A stretch of DNA of 55,929 nt, filler included, from Basidiobolus ranarum (GCA_040143965.1; 4 parts of 4 records of this genome joined end to end with filler, not necessarily neighbours in it), one strand, 5' to 3'. Numbered from the whole stretch's first letter, positions 27,039 to 41,083 are shown. Notes: generated from the letters alone by a model not told the origin. Program-made: numbers and translations.

Positions 27039-27966
27039 TGTTTCTTTTTAGTCAATGTGCGGTATGAATACTCTATGGAGAGGAAAGTGACGGTTATATT
27101 CAACAAAAGTGAGGGGAAATGAACTACGGTTTGTTAACTTGAGCGTTGGAGTTTAAGAAAAGAGTTAGCGCTTCAACTTAAATGAGGTGATTATACTGGA
27201 TAGTAGAGAATAGCTAATTACGAAGGAGTGAACTAACTTCAAGCCGAGCTTCCAAATATAAGTAAGAGAAAACTTCACCAAAAGGAAAAATTAAGTATCG
27301 ATTTGCTTCAGAAAAGTGGATTGCCTCTAAATGGACATGGCTGTCAGGCAAATATATGTCTGAGCTGTGCTCATTCATTGAATCCGCTAGTGCATCTGAT
27401 TTATTTACGTGAAATTATACAATGATCCACTTAATTTCCCTTAAGCACGGTGTTTGATTAAATAATGCTCGAATATAAAGTGAACTAATATATGACAAAT
27501 CATGATTGTGCAAGTCAGATAATGAGTTGAGCCCAAAACTCGATTATGAAGGTTTCGATCGGCTCAAACGAACAAGGGGCTACCTGAACCTGAGCCATTG
27601 TGAACGAATCTGACTATTGGTTTGAAACAAACAATATGAAATGACTTATAAAATATACTGCACAAAAGGGAATATCACAAATATATTATGATGTCTTGGG
27701 CTCTGTTGAAACAACAAAGCCATCGAACCCCAAACATTGTTCCATGCCAGCGCAGAAGTAGAGCTCTAATGCACTGTACTAGGCGCACTGCCAGGTATCT
27801 TCCAGGAGAGCCAAGTAGCAAGTGATCGACTCCAGCAGAATGGTCTCACGTGCATCCGTTGAATCCAGACGCGATGAAGCAGTGCTTACAGTACCCTCCA
27901 TGAGTGGTAGATTCACTAGAAGAAAAGGTGCTTCTAGAACAACAACTCAAACTTATCAAATTGGAG

Positions 27967-28066
27967 NNNNNNNNNNNNNNNNNNNNNNNNNNNNNNNNNN
28001 NNNNNNNNNNTTAATTAATTAANNNNNNNNNNNNNNNNNNNNNNNNNNNNNNNNNNNNNNNNNNNN
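27967..28066. other. Artificial contig-joining linker (N44-TTAATTAATTAA-N44)
   Basis: Identical 100-nt spacer. Confidence 0.97.
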
Positions 28067-28074
28067 TATTCATA

Positions 28075-31000
28075 TTACATGGAGCTAAGTGCATCATTTT
28101 GTTCATCAGCAACGGTGATTACTTGTTTGAAAGCATTACCAACATCTAGAGTGGTAGATCTTTCATAAGCCTCTGGTGTTCGATCAAGGATTTTTTCCAT
28201 TTCATCTAGCGATAAGACACTATCTCCATTATGAATAATTTTGGCATTTTCGTCAGCATTCTCAAGAATCTCCATTAGATCCTCGATATTGATTCTAGTA
28301 GAAGCTTTACCATTGTTTCCTTTGAATTGTCTTTTATGAATCACCAATTTCTCTAATGTTCTTTTGCTGTTGGCTCTCTCTAAGATTTGAGCCTCTACGG
28401 AGTTCGAAGTAACGAACCGGTATACGATTACCGGTTTGGTTTGTCCAATGCGATGTACACGATCTTGAGCCTGTAGATCCATTTGAGGATTCCAATCATT
28501 ATCAAATAGAATGACGGTGTCTGCGGCAGTTAGGTTGATCCCCAGCCCACCTGCACGTGTACTGAGTAAAAATATCTCGATACTATGATCAGTATTGAAC
28601 TCATGAATTTGTTCACGTCGCTCCTCTTGATGAATACTGCCATCTATGCGACAACACTTCCACCCCTTCAAGATCATTAACCAGTCTTCGATGATATCTA
28701 GCATCTTAGTCATCTGGGAGAAAATCAAGATACGATGGCCTCTACCAATTAAGGTGGTAAGTAACTGATTCAAAAGAATCATTTTTCCACTGGAGGATTG
28801 GACCTCCTCGGTTACATTCAAGTAACCAGTTTTATCATCATATGGACCGTCGAATAGATATGGATGATTACATATTTTGCATAATTGCATCATTATCGTC
28901 TGCAATTTCATGTGTTTGAATACCTTCTGATTTGGTGCTTGGAGTTGAACTGAATCAGACGGCTATTCTCTCAAAGAATGAAATATTCAAAACTTACTGT
29001 CTTTGGTCATTGGCATTGGCACTGGCATAGCCTCTGAGTCTTCAAACTCTTCTATAGATTCGTTTTGATCGAAAAACTCCTCGTCTGATATCTCTGCATA
29101 ATTCGTATTCTTAGTAGCTGATCTACGACGACTGCGGTCTTGGACACAGCAGCTGGTGAGTATCATTATTAAGTAGGAAAATTTAAGGTAGGAACTACAT
29201 ACTTGCATCCATATCATCACCATCGCTTTCAGCTTTTCCTTCAACAATACCCAGTCGCTTCTTCAAGAACTCATGGATTTGGCCATTCAAAGTGGCATCA
29301 TAGTATTCTTTCTGTTTAGCGGTCATTGGCGCATACAATACATATTCTCTCTTCTTGGGTAATTGGAATTCAACTGAAGAAGAAAATGTTAAGATATTGT
29401 TAGGCGATGTTCAAAAGGGCAATTACATCGTACCATCCAACTTGAGTCTTCTTAATAAGAATGGCTTGAGGATATGATGAAGCTTCGAGATGATATTATG
29501 TTGAGATTCGTCACTAATCACTTTGTCTTTTCCTTTTTGCTCGTTGAGATCATTGAAATCAAACCAACTTTGGAAGATCTCCACACTGTCGAAAATATCT
29601 GGCAAAAGAAAGTTGAGCAATGACCAAAGCTCCAGAAGATTGTTCTGAGTATCATTAGCAACAATCAATATCTATGCCTGTATATCCAAAACTGACCTGA
29701 AGTGGCGTTCCAGTAAGCAATAATCGATTTGCACTATGATAAGATTTAAGTTCTCGAACAAGTTTACAATTCATATTTTTGATTCGGTGGCCTTCGTCAA
29801 TAACTAAGTATTTCCAGGCGTATTTCTGACTTTTCATTTAGTCTCTGGAAAATCAATGTAAAAGTTGAGTTGAAACTCACTTGAAGAAATTTACGGTCGT
29901 TCATGATCAACTCATACGAGGTGACCACTACAGGGAATGTTTCACCAAGCTTACTCATTCGCTTCCGACGTATATGAGCCCTCTCTTCAATCGAGCCATG
30001 GTAAAGGACAACTGGGATGGTGGGAGTGAATCTGTGAGTGAGAATAAGTATGGGTTTCTTGGCAACTAGAATTTGGAAACCCTCTACCTATTAAATTCGC
30101 TCACCCAATTAGCAAGGGTAGACATAGGTGCGATCACCAGAAATGGACCCCAGACATTACGCTCACGTAAATATGCTAGGAAACTAATTGTTTGAAGTGT
30201 CTAGTTTAAAGAAATTGGTAAACAAAGGGTGTAGTTCTACAAACGAAACAAGCTGAATCTTACTTTGCCAAGACCCATCTCGGCTGCCAAAAAACCATTC
30301 AAACCATTCTAGTATAGAGAGACCAGCCACTCGAATCCAGTCAATTGATATTCTTTCAAGATACCACCAGTGACTAGAGATGGTTGTCGAGGAGAGACGA
30401 TTTGACCATTAATGATTCTGGTACTCGGTGTCTCATCTGGAATGACAGGTCCTTCATCTTTGTGCCGCTTGGGAGGACTCTATAATAAGTACTTTGAGTG
30501 GTAATGTAATCCAAATCTATATCAAGTTAACTAACTGTCTCTTCGATTGATTCGGAGATTTCTACACGCTCCCCATTTTTCCTTTTAAGTCCACCAACTT
30601 TCTTATTTCCTTGTTCCTCGCGAATTTTTTCTCGTTTCTCTTGTTGTTCTTTTTCTAATCTCTGAGAAAGAAATTGAGAATATAATGTGGATTTCTCTAA
30701 GAGGTAATTTAATCGATTTAATCTACTGGTTTCTGTTTCCCGTTTTAATTCCATCATAGCCTAAAAAGTGAAATGATTAAATAATCGAGTTGTACACTTT
30801 GTTGATTCTCTTCTATAGTAAGGAACTAGAATGGTTGTTTACTCCCAAAGATAAATCTTCTATCATATACCTGTTGCCTTTCGGTTAGATTGTTATTTTC
30901 ACTAGGAGGGGTAGCATTTTGTTCGACTTCTAGCCTTATTTCACTTGGTTTTTCGAGTTTCTGATCCGTGAAGCTATTGTTATTCTCTGAACTTTCGGAA

Positions 31001-31277
31001 GGTTGTGGCTGATACTAAAATATATAAGTTAAGTCGTATTCAAAAGTGAAAAGTAGGATAGGTCTCAATTTACTTGACAAGTTGCTTGTTCAACGGGCTC
31101 TAAGTCCTCGACTTTAACTTCAGTCTGCAAGAATATAAAGAATTTTTTAAGCAAGGAAAATATCGAACTAACCAAAGTTGTATACCTTTAACGCTACTTA
31201 TTCAGTTAAACATGAATTCTAAAATATACCTTGATGCTAGCATCAATAGTGGGGTCACGAGGGCCGATCCCGAGCAT
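28075..31277 (-). CDS. HELLS: SNF2-family chromatin remodeller LSH/HELLS/DDM1 (Irc5), multi-exon; in-frame TAG at 30309-30311 (pseudogene or consensus error)
   Basis: [71 protein letters not shown]-like region [30 protein letters not shown] and [17 protein letters not shown]. Confidence 0.9.
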
Positions 31278-31701
31278 GTCTTAGCAGGTTATTGTAAAAA
31301 GAGGAAAGCAGTATACTGAGTAAGTTAGTACAGAGGTAGAAGGAAGGAGTGGACGTATTCAAAGGTTTAGAGTAGCTTGACTACGTATAAAATGGGATTA
31401 TTTAATAAATCCCAAATATTTACATGACTGAGGGGTGGGTGGTTTTTGTTTAGAAAGTATATATGCAAACCAGTCAACAGAAAATGTTGATCAGCATTGT
31501 GGAAATATATGGCATACTGGGCATATTTTGAGTCGTCAGCAAATGGAAATCGATGATTCTAGGAAATACAGTCCACTACCTCAACCCAGTCACAAGTCAC
31601 TTGTATCAGGTAAGGGAAGAGCATACTGGAAATATGAGGCATTAGTCAAATAGAAGGAGATATCACGTGCTTCTAGTGGTTTATTATTATCGTTTTAATC
31701 G

Positions 31702-33003
31702 CTATGGATCGTAGGTTGTGCTGTCGGGATAATCATCGATGTCATGTGATGTGATATGATAATTTGTATCAGAGATGTTTTTGGTAGCTACGTATGCGAA
31801 ACCCAAGGCAACATAAAATAGCGCACAAATCACTATTATCCAGGTAATTGGAGAAATTCGCGACAAACTGATATACCAAGCCACCGCTGTTCCTCCACTC
31901 TGAATTGCTTTATAGAATCCGGCATAACGTGAAAGTATCATCGCATTATTGGTCATAGCCCCCATCATCCAATAGCACCAACTCTGAACAGTGGCGTCCG
32001 TAAACCCGCTTAACAGCATCAAGACAAGTGACGCACCATATGAGTCATCGAGAATATCAATTCTTGAGCTTACCAGGCTGATCACGTCTGGATTGTTTAA
32101 TTCCAAAAAAAGACAGCCAAGCCACGTGGCTGTTGTGAAGAAAGCAACAAACAACAAGCCCAGTCTAGCTTTTTTAGACCTAACACATAGAGGGTTATCG
32201 AGATACTGACCGAAGGTGAATGCGCCCAGCATTTGAGAGGCCCAGTAACAGACAGTGTTGAGTGCGACTGTTCGAACAGTAAACAGTTCATGTGAAAAAT
32301 GACCCAGTCGATAGCTGTAGTAGAAATTGGTGTAGAAGAAGATCGGGAAAAGCAGGAGAATATTCTTATTCAAAAGAGTTCTTCGTATTTGATTAAGCTC
32401 CTGACTCATATTGAACCCAGTTTTACTGGTAACTCGGGATCCATCTTCACGTATCACTCGTGCCGGAGAGACCATGAAATAAGAAAGGCACAAACCAAAA
32501 GCCATCAGGCATAAGAACCATATTGTAATATAGTTCGATTGTGTTGAGAAGAAGGGCAAGAATCCACTGATAAGCGAGCCGAGATTAAATAGTATCCAAA
32601 ATATTCCAAAAAAACGGCCTTTTTGATTCTCCATGGGATACGACATTATAATGGTACCTGCTGCAGTCCATAGGAGTGAGGCGCCTGCACCAAGAATCAC
32701 AGACCCTACCACCGGAAGGAAATCGACCTTGAACTCTCGATACAGCCAGAGGCAGCACACATAAATCATGTATGGTATACATCCAAATATAACACTAATA
32801 CGGGGCCCTAGGTAGTTGTGGGCGCTTCCGGACACTATGGAGCATAAAGAGAAGGAGGCATACAGGGCTATATTATTCCAGTTGGAAAGAGTTGAGTTGT
32901 TGCTCTCCAGGTCTCCTAAGCTGTAATAAATATTGTATGTTCCTACTATAAAGCAGCATACTAATGATACTATTAATAATTGGATTGTCGGGGCTTCTAT
33001 CAT
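31702..33003 (-). CDS. UNC-93-like major facilitator superfamily membrane protein, intronless
   Basis: About 12 hydrophobic segments; ILGAGASLLWTAAGTIIMSYPMENQKGRFFGIFW and YWMMGAMTNNAMILSRYAGFYKAIQSGG. Likely ATG at 33003. Confidence 0.88.
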   Translation of the reverse strand: MIEAPTIQLLIVSLVCCFIVGTYNIYYSLGDLESNNSTLSNWNNIALYASFSLCSIVSGSAHNYLGPRISVIFGCIPYMIYVCCLWLYREFKVDFLPVVGSVILGAGASLLWTAAGTIIMSYPMENQKGRFFGIFWILFNLGSLISGFLPFFSTQSNYITIWFLCLMAFGLCLSYFMVSPARVIREDGSRVTSKTGFNMSQELNQIRRTLLNKNILLLFPIFFYTNFYYSYRLGHFSHELFTVRTVALNTVCYWASQMLGAFTFGQYLDNPLCVRSKKARLGLLFVAFFTTATWLGCLFLELNNPDVISLVSSRIDILDDSYGASLVLMLLSGFTDATVQSWCYWMMGAMTNNAMILSRYAGFYKAIQSGGTAVAWYISLSRISPITWIIVICALFYVALGFAYVATKNISDTNYHITSHDIDDYPDSTTYDP

Positions 33004-35175
33004 GGTTGTTTTTTGCGGAATAGAACTGAACAAAATCTTTTTGAACGTACGAAACTCACAGTTAGATAGAAGAAAGCGCTCTACCACAGACTACTATGAA
33101 TTACTATTATACAAAAGGATATACACTAGACTATTTGCTTATAATAAGTACGAACCGCTATCATAAAACTTTATAAGAGGAGAAGAGAGGGAGGGTGCGA
33201 TATATGGTTCAAGTAGCTGAACGGGTATATTCCAATCCAAGGCTGGCTCGAACTCTCTAGGACTATGACACAAGCAAATGGAAAGAACAGCGAAATATCT
33301 AGATTTTAACCAAAAGCCATGTAGGGCTTCAATCAGTTTGAATTCAATATCAGAACATTAAATTTCCCATTCGGATATATTGATCCTAACTCATCGATGA
33401 GCAAACTCCTCTCTCTTGTTTGGGGTGAATAGGTAGTGTCACAAGAAGCCTCTCACATTTTTAGAGACCACTTCTCTCAACGACATACTTGAATTCATTG
33501 AAGCAATAAAATATATTCCATATTAGATTTAATTAAATTACTGACCGGGATCAGGAGACACTGTATTGGTCTTGAACCTTGTTTTAAACTTAGAATGCTA
33601 TAACTCAGAGAAACCATTGGCCTCCCTAATTTTGCACAACAATCTTTGAGTTCAAGGTTGAGTGATGTATCACATGTGGGTTGGGTATATTTAAGTAGTA
33701 ATATTGGCTTCTGTCAAACAGAGCTTTATCAAACAAAGGGAATTAATATGCCTTTAGAGAACGATGACAACTAATAAAAGTGAAAATACAGGCATTAGAT
33801 GGAGTGAAATCCACATCGATGCAGTCAAATGGCTAATCACAACGTTGGAAGAAGGTTGTACAATAGAGTGAAATATGCTCACTGCATTGCACAAAGTCCG
33901 AGCCATAAAAGGTGCTTGGCCAACCCAGCACTTTGACGAACCTTCAGAAACTTAACAAAGGTATTGATTCTCGATAATCTGTATCACTAGAAGGTAGCAT
34001 TGATATAATTTGTCCAATGGAATATGGTGTCACAAAGTTCAACCAGTAAACCATAGTATGAGTCTTGGGGAATACGTATCAATAAATAAAAAGGTCTAGG
34101 AAAGCGTACCATCTATTGCTCAAGTTTCAATCGAAGCCTCCATAGATTATAACTCGTTCGAGTAGATCCCAGTACAGTCAACACGAAGTAATATGAGGAT
34201 AAAATTTGACAGGATTAGGCCTGGTCTCTTGTCTAATTTATATAGTGAACAATTTTATCACTGATTCTGCTGGCTCGACAGCTGAGGTTGCATTTTTATT
34301 ATTATATCTCAAATTTAGCCATATATGTGGTTTTGGTTTATTCCAAATCATTTGGTAAATCTACTATTTTCAACATGAGGTGCGCAAGTGACCCTCGAGA
34401 ACTTTCAAGGAAAAGTCTCAATTGGTACGACCTCGCTTTTTTTCCAAGGAAGAAGGAAGTGCATAATTTCATCAGTCATATTGAGCCATGTTGGAGTCTC
34501 TCCGTGCTTTTGTGACTGGTAACAACATGCTGAAACCAGATACTAAATTGGTGTGTGTAACAATGGTGTTAGAAAGAGGAATTCAGGTTTCAGAGCAGTA
34601 TTTAGAGCATTGGACGGATGAAAGAATTCGCACAAAACTGAGGCAGCTTGAAAGTCTTGTTAAAGTAGTATATGTAAGTAATGGACACTGAGCCCCATGT
34701 AGGCACAAATGCAGCAAGTCGGATTAGATGAAGACCGTGAGGAAAATAGCTTACGTTCGGCACAAAAGATCATCTGATATTCAAAGTACTATCCAATCTG
34801 TTAGCTGAGTAAAATCAAGAATTCTCCTATTTGTTCAACTGCTGCTTTTGATTATCGAATTGACCATACCATGCACAGCAATTTTAGGCTTTACTGGGGA
34901 TTTTCAGGAACCAGTATGCAGACATAGAATAGATGCAGATTTAGTATGAACAGGAAAGATTCGGAAAAATTGAATTAGTTCCTATCGTTTCGGCAGATAA
35001 ATATGATCTTGCTCATTACAGCTAACTCCTCCTAGAAGTCCGCTAAACCGTGCTATGAAGAAGTGAAACATGTTCACTAACAAGAGAACCTGAATAAAGA
35101 TATATTGGAATGGTTACGGGAAATTGTATCTAGGCCAAATTAGGAATGAAAGGTAAGATTGCAAATAAAGATAAG

Positions 35176-35220
35176 CAGCCATTCTGTCAGCAATTCTGTC
35201 AGCAATTCTGTCAGCAATTC
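35176..35220. repeat. Short tandem repeat, 12-bp unit CAGCAATTCTGT x ~3.7
   Basis: cagccattctgt cagcaattctgt cagcaattctgt cagcaattc read directly. Confidence 0.85.
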
Positions 35221-35753
35221 AAATTAAAACCAATCTAGCGAGTAGATTGTGAAACACCTGAGCCAATCCAAAATTGATCCTTATGAGAATAAGCATACAC
35301 TCTTAAATTCATCATCTAGTTGTCATATAACTTGGCTTTCAAATTCAATTTAAGGAGCATGATTATCGTTACGAAACAGTATACATATACCGCGAAAGAA
35401 AACGTCACTAATGAAGAGTCTGATCGAAATGGCTTAATGGTGTGTCATATTGGATTGAAGCTGTGATCATAATTGGTTACGGCTTGAATGAATCTATCCA
35501 GGAAAAGTGGAATATTATTTAGTAAGGCAGTAAGGGTAGGTAATGCATACTATTATGTAATTGACGTGTCATGATCGCTAGCATTTACTAAACACTAAAT
35601 ATATACATAAAATACCAAAGTGCCTTGATTATACTAATATAGAAAGAGCAGTTCGCTCATGGGTTTGACAGTCTTATCACGATATCTAGGAGATTTTGTA
35701 TTTGTGTATCTATAAACTCTCATTATCAGGTTTGTCACTTCAGCATTCTAAAG

Positions 35754-38700
35754 ATGGATAATGGTAAGCTGTGTTTTCATTACAAGCAAGAAACAAAACT
35801 AATGGTTTTCATCTCAGTATACACTACTCCCATTCAAATCACTAAAGCTGAGGACGAAATTTTGAAGCGCGATTTAATTACTCGTGAGATCTCAAGAGAG
35901 TTTCGCCTCTTGCGGGATTCACTTTCTTTACACAATTTATTTTATGATATTTCTGTTCTACAGCCACCTAAACCACGACAATCTCTCTTATCAAATATCA
36001 CCTCATACTTTCGGTCCTCTGATAAAGAACAAACAGAAGAACCTACTTCAAACTTGACAATACCAAAAGATACGGAAACACCGTTACTTAGATATGCCTT
36101 CAACAATTTCGTCCTAGATTTTCCTTTTCTAAGATATGCTGAAGCGAGCTTTTGGTACAATATTCAGCAATTTTTAGACGCTTACGGAGCATTAAGATTC
36201 GGCACTTATGCTGTGGGGAAAGAAGAGGCAAGTAAACGAGAAAAACTGGCAAAAAAAGTGGAGCTTGGCTTGGTGTTGTTATTCAATACGGGTATATGTA
36301 CTCTGAAAGATAATAAACTGGAAAATGAAGATCCAAAAATCGAGAATGTAATCAAATCGAATATGGATCCCAAGTCAGTCCAAAGTTCTGACAAAGTAAC
36401 ACATCCTATAGATATTATCTCAGTTAGGCGTGTAACAGAGAGAGGCTTTATCAGGGGAAAGGAAAAACCTGTAAGTAACGGAAGTTAGATTCTTCGGATT
36501 TCTGTAATTTCCTTGGTGCTTATAAGTTTACGTTTTTATCAGCTGTTTATCATCCAGTCGAATATCGAGTCCAATCAAGGTCACATTGTAGGACGCACGG
36601 TTACTCAAATTCAGAAATACATCGCCAAGGTATTTTATATATTTTTATCTGACATGCCTATATTTCGTTGCTGAACAATGTTACTTGAAGGTTCATCGCC
36701 TATTTCCAACTCTTGAAATCCCATCCCCACCTCCCAAATTTAAAGATCCACATGAAGGCCAGCTCTATCACGAGAAAAACCGCATTGCATTCCAGGCTCA
36801 CCTACGGATCTTAGTATCAAGTTCATGTATAGCGCGTAGTCGTCTTACCAAAGAATTCCTCAGTGATTCTCCTATTGAATTATTACCAGCTGATATCACT
36901 GATAAAGCGCAACGTGAAGTATTTAGTAGGAATCGCGCCGAAGAATACCAAAAGATCTTGAAAGTAGCTGAGGATAAGTCAGTCGAGCTTCGCGAGTCCA
37001 TTGAGCAGTTTACTAAAGAGATTCTTGAACCTGGTACATGCATCTTGAGTTCTGTAATGCCATAATATATTTCTGACATTGCGATAATTTGAAGGGGGCC
37101 TTAGTCGAATCTCTCAAGTTCTCCACGATATATCTGAGATTTCTCAACTTCCAGAAAATTTCCAAAAAATAGTTGAGTTAGCCAGAGTCAAGTAAGTAGA
37201 TGCGGATATCCATTTTTTCGTCTGATATCGCAGTACTAAATTTCTTTCATCTGTAAGTCTTGCCGCTACCCTTTATAGAGTCTTTTGCGCTGACGAAAAT
37301 GCCCCCGTCAATTTCCATCAACTTCAACAAACTCACGGATTGATTCCTTATCGTACCCTTAAAGGCATACTTAAGATCTCTAATCCGACTGCAATGATGA
37401 AGGGTGTGCTGGATCTGTTCTTGGCCCAACCTTTTGGTCATGCAAGTATCATCCAAAGGTATACCTATTTCTATAGGGAATCAGATAAATCTCCACTAAC
37501 AGTCTAATTGTATAAGGGTGGCGATTGCCAATCTTGGAGACTCCGCTAAGCAAAAGAGGCAGGATATTGAGATATTGAGAGCGGCTATTAATAATGATTC
37601 CCTTTGTGACAAGCTTTACAATTATGTAAATTCATCTGAGAAGCGTCCTTACGATGATGATGGTAGTTTGTTCAACTTTAAAGTAATTATTTTTCATTGA
37701 CCTGGATACTGAAACTTTACTAGTAGCAGAGTCCTCTGACCTTGACCGATTGATAAATGTAATCACTGATCAGAATATTCAGCCATGTATCAATCATGAC
37801 ACCATTATCATGTTAGACAGTGCTAAAGAAAACCTAAAACGAACTGGGACCGCACAGGAACTTCTCGATACTGATTGGAGCATTGAGAGTCTTTCATCGT
37901 CCGAAAGCGTAGAGCATGAAAAAAGCCAATGTATGTTTAACACCTCCGAGATGCAGCTTCGTCGGCTGTACCGCCTGCTAGTATTATACACACAAGCTCG
38001 TAATACTAAGCTTGCTATCGAGCTTGTGTTTGAAGGAGTTACTGGGGAAATTCTCAAGGAAATACTGACCATGTTTTATAGACCCCTTGCTCAGGTTTAC
38101 AAAGATGCTAACATAAGTGATTTTGTAATGGAGGTCAGTGGTTTCATAGATCAGTTGATCAAGGTAGTAGAGAATAGCCAGCAAAAACAAGGTATGCTCT
38201 TCTATTTTAAACTTGATGAACTGCCTAACTAAATTCTTTTCAATCTATGACGTTAGAATTGACTCCCATGGAAACTCTTAAACAATTCACCGAATTAGTG
38301 CAAAGCTATGAAGGCACCTTCTATCGTTTTGTTCACTCGCTATACCGTCAACGTACCGATGGCTTATTCCAACAGCTCATAATTTGGTTTGAACGGATAT
38401 TTAGTACCTTGCGTGTAGGTCTTAACTCCAAACCTATAGATCTTGGAAGCATCATAGATGAATGTATAAATAGCCAACAACAGGATCAATTCAAAAAGGA
38501 TCTTCAGGCGTTAAAAATATACACATTTGAAACTAAACTTCGTCGATATAAACGTCTACATAAGCGAATGATGGCCAATATGGGGGCCAAAGAAACGAGT
38601 ATAGACCAAATCACTAGTAACCGGCTTACGATTCCCTCCAGCATACTAAGAAAATACATGAAAGAAGCAGGATTGGAAATTTTGCCTGATACATTGCTGG

Positions 38701-39032
38701 AGAAACTCCGGACCTCAACCACCACTATATCACATTCGGCAGATTGCTCAAGATATGCTGAGAATTCGCAGCAGTTGCAGGATTTACTTGCTTCATCCGG
38801 AATTCAAGTATCCATTGACGATATGCTAGAAATGCAAGCAGCAGAATACGACTCGGATACTGAAGAAGGTGAGAATGGTGTGAATGGTGCACCTGGCTTT
38901 CTAAATCTAGAAAGATCTAACAAGAAAATCACCGAGCCGCAAGTACCCTATCCCAAGCTTACGTCAGTGCCAAACTTAGTTGGTAGGTTTATGGAGCAGA
39001 TCATGTGCAGCTTAAATACATCTTCCACTTGA
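35754..39032 (+). CDS. PX-associated (PXB) + PX + DUF3818 protein, YPR097W/Lec1-like (multi-exon)
   Basis: EDEILKRDLITREI, TPLLRYAFNNFVLDFPFL, FPTLEIPSPPPK..LYHEKNRIAFQAHLR, HGLIPYRTLKGILKISNPTAMMKGVLDLFLAQPFG and MFYRPLAQVYKDANIS. Confidence 0.82.
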
Positions 39033-39525
39033 TAGTTATCACCGATTCATTCATTCATTTATCCTTCCTCACTATAGACACACACACACAACGAATTATA
39101 TAATTGATTTTTTGCATGACTTCAATCTTCCAATGAAGAACCACCAATAACAAACACGTATATTATTTTGCTTTATATTGGACTCATTGCACAATGGTCA
39201 AAGGCATTCATAGTTTGCATCAACAAATATTGTTTGATTTTAGAGAAGGGTAAACGGATTTGACCTGCTTACTAATAGTGGGAAAGCCATCCGATACATG
39301 AAGGTTTCCTAGAAGCACGGATATTCTAAGCCTCCCATACCTACTATTGGAGGATTTGATGATTTTATGAAATATACCTCACTCTGGAGGATCCCTATTT
39401 GTTCTAATGAATGAACAATAGATAAAAATCGGCCTATATTAGATAATTCATAAGCCCAAGAATTGGATATAGATACGGGCAACACGTACTCATGGGTATC
39501 ACTCTTAACTTCTCTTTCTTTCACT

Positions 39526-41083
39526 ATGGCTTCAACTAAATACCTATCAAAGCGTTCACACAATGTGCATCAAGTGCCCAAACCTCTCCTGGAAGGAGCT
39601 ATGAGATTTATGGCCAACCCCTATGACTCTACTACTAATCCAGAAGGAATCGTGAATATTGGAGTTGCTGAAAACTCCTTGATGCACGAAGAACTTTTAG
39701 AAAAAGTATAACTTTCTTAGTCGCTGGTTGTTGCTTCATTTAAAGTACAGACAATAATTTTTCTCCTTCCAAATATAGTTAAAGCCAGCCTTGACTCTAA
39801 AGAAAGAGGTATGTATATCGATAATTAGGAATTAGCACGTTAATTGACACTTTCTCCATTGTCCATTAGTTTTTCAACTATGGTATGATGTTTGGAACAT
39901 TGGAGCTTCGTACACTTATGGCTGGCTTGTTCAATCGTCACTTTAACCCAGTTGAACAAATTCAACCATCTCATATCACAGTCCATAATGGAGCTGGACC
40001 GTCAATTGATTTATTGAGTTACGTTATATCAGATCCGGGTGATGGAGTACTAATTACCACCCCTTACTATGGTAATATTAAATATGCCTTTCCAAGATTA
40101 GCATTAAAATGGGGTTTTAATGGCATATTTTAGGTGGATTTGACTATGATTTTGAGGCTCACGCTGAAGTTAAAGTAATCCCAGTGAATTTGGAGGGGAA
40201 AAGCCCATTCCATGTGGACCATATCGAATGTTTAGAGAATGCCATGCTAAAGGCAAAGGAGGATGGAATTCGAGTTCGCTCCATGGTTTTGTGTAATCCA
40301 CACAACCCCTTGGGGAGGTAATTTGAGCGACTATATTTTGTCAGTTCCTATTGAAATTAATTTATATCAATATTCAATAGATGCTATCCATTAGAGGTTT
40401 TAATCGAACTTCTACGCTTTGCAAATCGACACGATCTCCACGTGATTTCAGATGAAATCTATGGACTAAGTTGGTATGAACATGACAATGATGCAACACC
40501 ATTCATATCGTTGTTGTCAATACCGAATTTGTCGAATTTCATCGACCCAAAACTAGTGCATTTCATTTGGTCATTTAGTAAAGATTTCTGCATCAACGGT
40601 CTAAGAGTTGGAATAGTCATGTCACCATTCAATACTGAGGTGATTAGTAATCTACAGGCACTCTGCTTGTTCAACGCCATCCCTAATACCTCGGATCACT
40701 TGATACGGGAATTGCTTGTAGATACGGAATGGGTGGATTGGTTTATTCAAGAAAATCAACGTAAATTGCTAAAGAATTACACGCAAACCGTAGAGTTTCT
40801 CGATCGACATCGGATTCGATATAATCCCAGTACAGCTGGTCATTTTATCTGGACTGATTTTACACCTATCACCCAGAAAATCGCCATGGTTCATGGTTCA
40901 GAGAAGGCCGAGCGGGTACTTTGGAACGCTTTTATTGAGAATGGTGTTTATAGTTCGTTAGGCGAGGCCTTCCATTCATCTGAACCTGGCTATTTCCGAA
41001 TCACCTTTAGTATTGATTGGGATGTTTTAAACCTGGGCTTGTCCAGACTAGTGAAGGTCATAGATTCCTTTGAGGAGAGTTGA
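39526..41083 (+). CDS. PLP-dependent aminotransferase class I/II, ACC-synthase-like (multi-exon)
   Basis: NPYDSTTNPEGIVNIGVAENSLMH, DPGDGVLITTPYYGGF, LCNPHNPLGRCY, ISDEIY, WSFSKDFCINGLRVG (PLP lysine) and EPGYFRITF. Confidence 0.9.

Noticed and set aside
27700-27966. GC-richer stretch at the end of contig 2
   Set aside because: Short frames with no identifiable protein or terminal repeat.
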